From: a virus
Taxonomy: Duplodnaviria > Caudoviricetes
IMG/VR virus record: IMGVR_UViG_3300037424_000623
Span: 1 to 43,258 of that record
Length of the DNA: 43,258 nucleotides
Direction: 5' to 3' (one strand)
A model generated the notes under the pieces. It worked only from the letters and a program-made list of their open reading frames with translations, made no database searches and was not told where the DNA came from. Made by a program: the position numbers and the translations under genes. Of the stretch, positions 42,618 to 43,258 are shown piece by piece. Positions within the stretch are counted from its first letter, which is position 1, and the number at the start of each line of letters is the position of its first letter.

Positions 42618-43258
42618 ATGGCTAACGACCCAAGACTTATTACTATTAGGAGAGATTCTTTCCCTGAGGGCTCATCCGGGGAACGGATGTATTATGAAGT
42701 CTCTAATGCCTTTGATAAGCTTAATAAGTTATTGGTGGATAGTAGGGTAGTTGATTTAAATGTGCGGGATTTGGATGTCGCTTATGCAAGAAATACTCTT
42801 TGGGCTTATGGAGGAAGTTCTTCTGCGCTGTTAAGAAGATCATTAATACCACCTACTAAACTTGTAGCTAATCTAAATGGGCAAATATACACGTTGTCGG
42901 ATTTAGCTTCTTTAGATTTGAATAGTTCCAGTAATTGGGATTCGGCTACATACGCAACCGCGGCTAATAGAGCAGGAAAAGATTTTTATTTCTATCTATG
43001 TGAGTCTAGTGGGGCTGCGCCAATTATTAAGTTGTCTGCGAATACTACGTATCCTTCTGGATATAGTGCAGATAACTCCCGCAAACTTGGTGGTTTCCAT
43101 TGCCTCTGCGTTTCTGTAGGAACAATCAGCAGTCATAGTCTAACCGGATTTCTGCAAGGGGATATCATTCCTTATAGTATCTGGGATCTGCTCTATCGAG
43201 CTGAGTCAGAAAATATTGGCATGCGTTGGGAAGAGAAGATTGGACATTGGGTAGATAT
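42618..43258 (+). CDS. Mtd-like receptor-binding protein, N-terminal part (runs off the window)
   Basis: Open for 213 codons: AGKDFYFY...SANTTYPSGYSADNSRKLGGFH...SIWDLLYR...GM...WVD, the motif series of major tropism determinant proteins. Not in the ORF track because there is no stop. Confidence 0.88.
   Translation, partial: MANDPRLITIRRDSFPEGSSGERMYYEVSNAFDKLNKLLVDSRVVDLNVRDLDVAYARNTLWAYGGSSSALLRRSLIPPTKLVANLNGQIYTLSDLASLDLNSSSNWDSATYATAANRAGKDFYFYLCESSGAAPIIKLSANTTYPSGYSADNSRKLGGFHCLCVSVGTISSHSLTGFLQGDIIPYSIWDLLYRAESENIGMRWEEKIGHWVD

Overview
This looks like a near-complete, circularly permuted ~43 kb podovirus-type tailed phage genome. A + strand late arm runs 32.4 kb to the end and continues at 1-10.8 kb: TerS, TerL, portal, lysis genes, a glycosyltransferase, scaffold, capsid, cement, adaptor, an Mtd-like receptor-binding protein, nozzle and three ejection-type proteins. 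A - strand early/replication arm covers 10.8-30.9 kb: MazG-like enzyme, DUF3987-type NTPase, UDG-PolA fusion, ParB-methyltransferase fusion, a Sak4/DUF669/Cas4-like recombination trio, a pyrimidine-dimer glycosylase and many small ORFs. I see no integrase, primase or reverse transcriptase. The most notable signals are: (1) the window starts in an Mtd-type variable region with a DGR adenine-mutagenesis footprint, but no RT, Avd or template repeat is visible; (2) a 17-bp palindrome, TGTCCA-N5-TGGACA, recurs every 3-9 kb in a phage encoding a ParB-MTase; (3) the divergent control region holds four sigma54-type -24/-12 motifs flanking two inverted IHF consensus sites; (4) two non-canonical tRNA-like elements and long intergenic hairpins lie in the early arm. 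All family calls come from motif recognition by eye, not from database searches.
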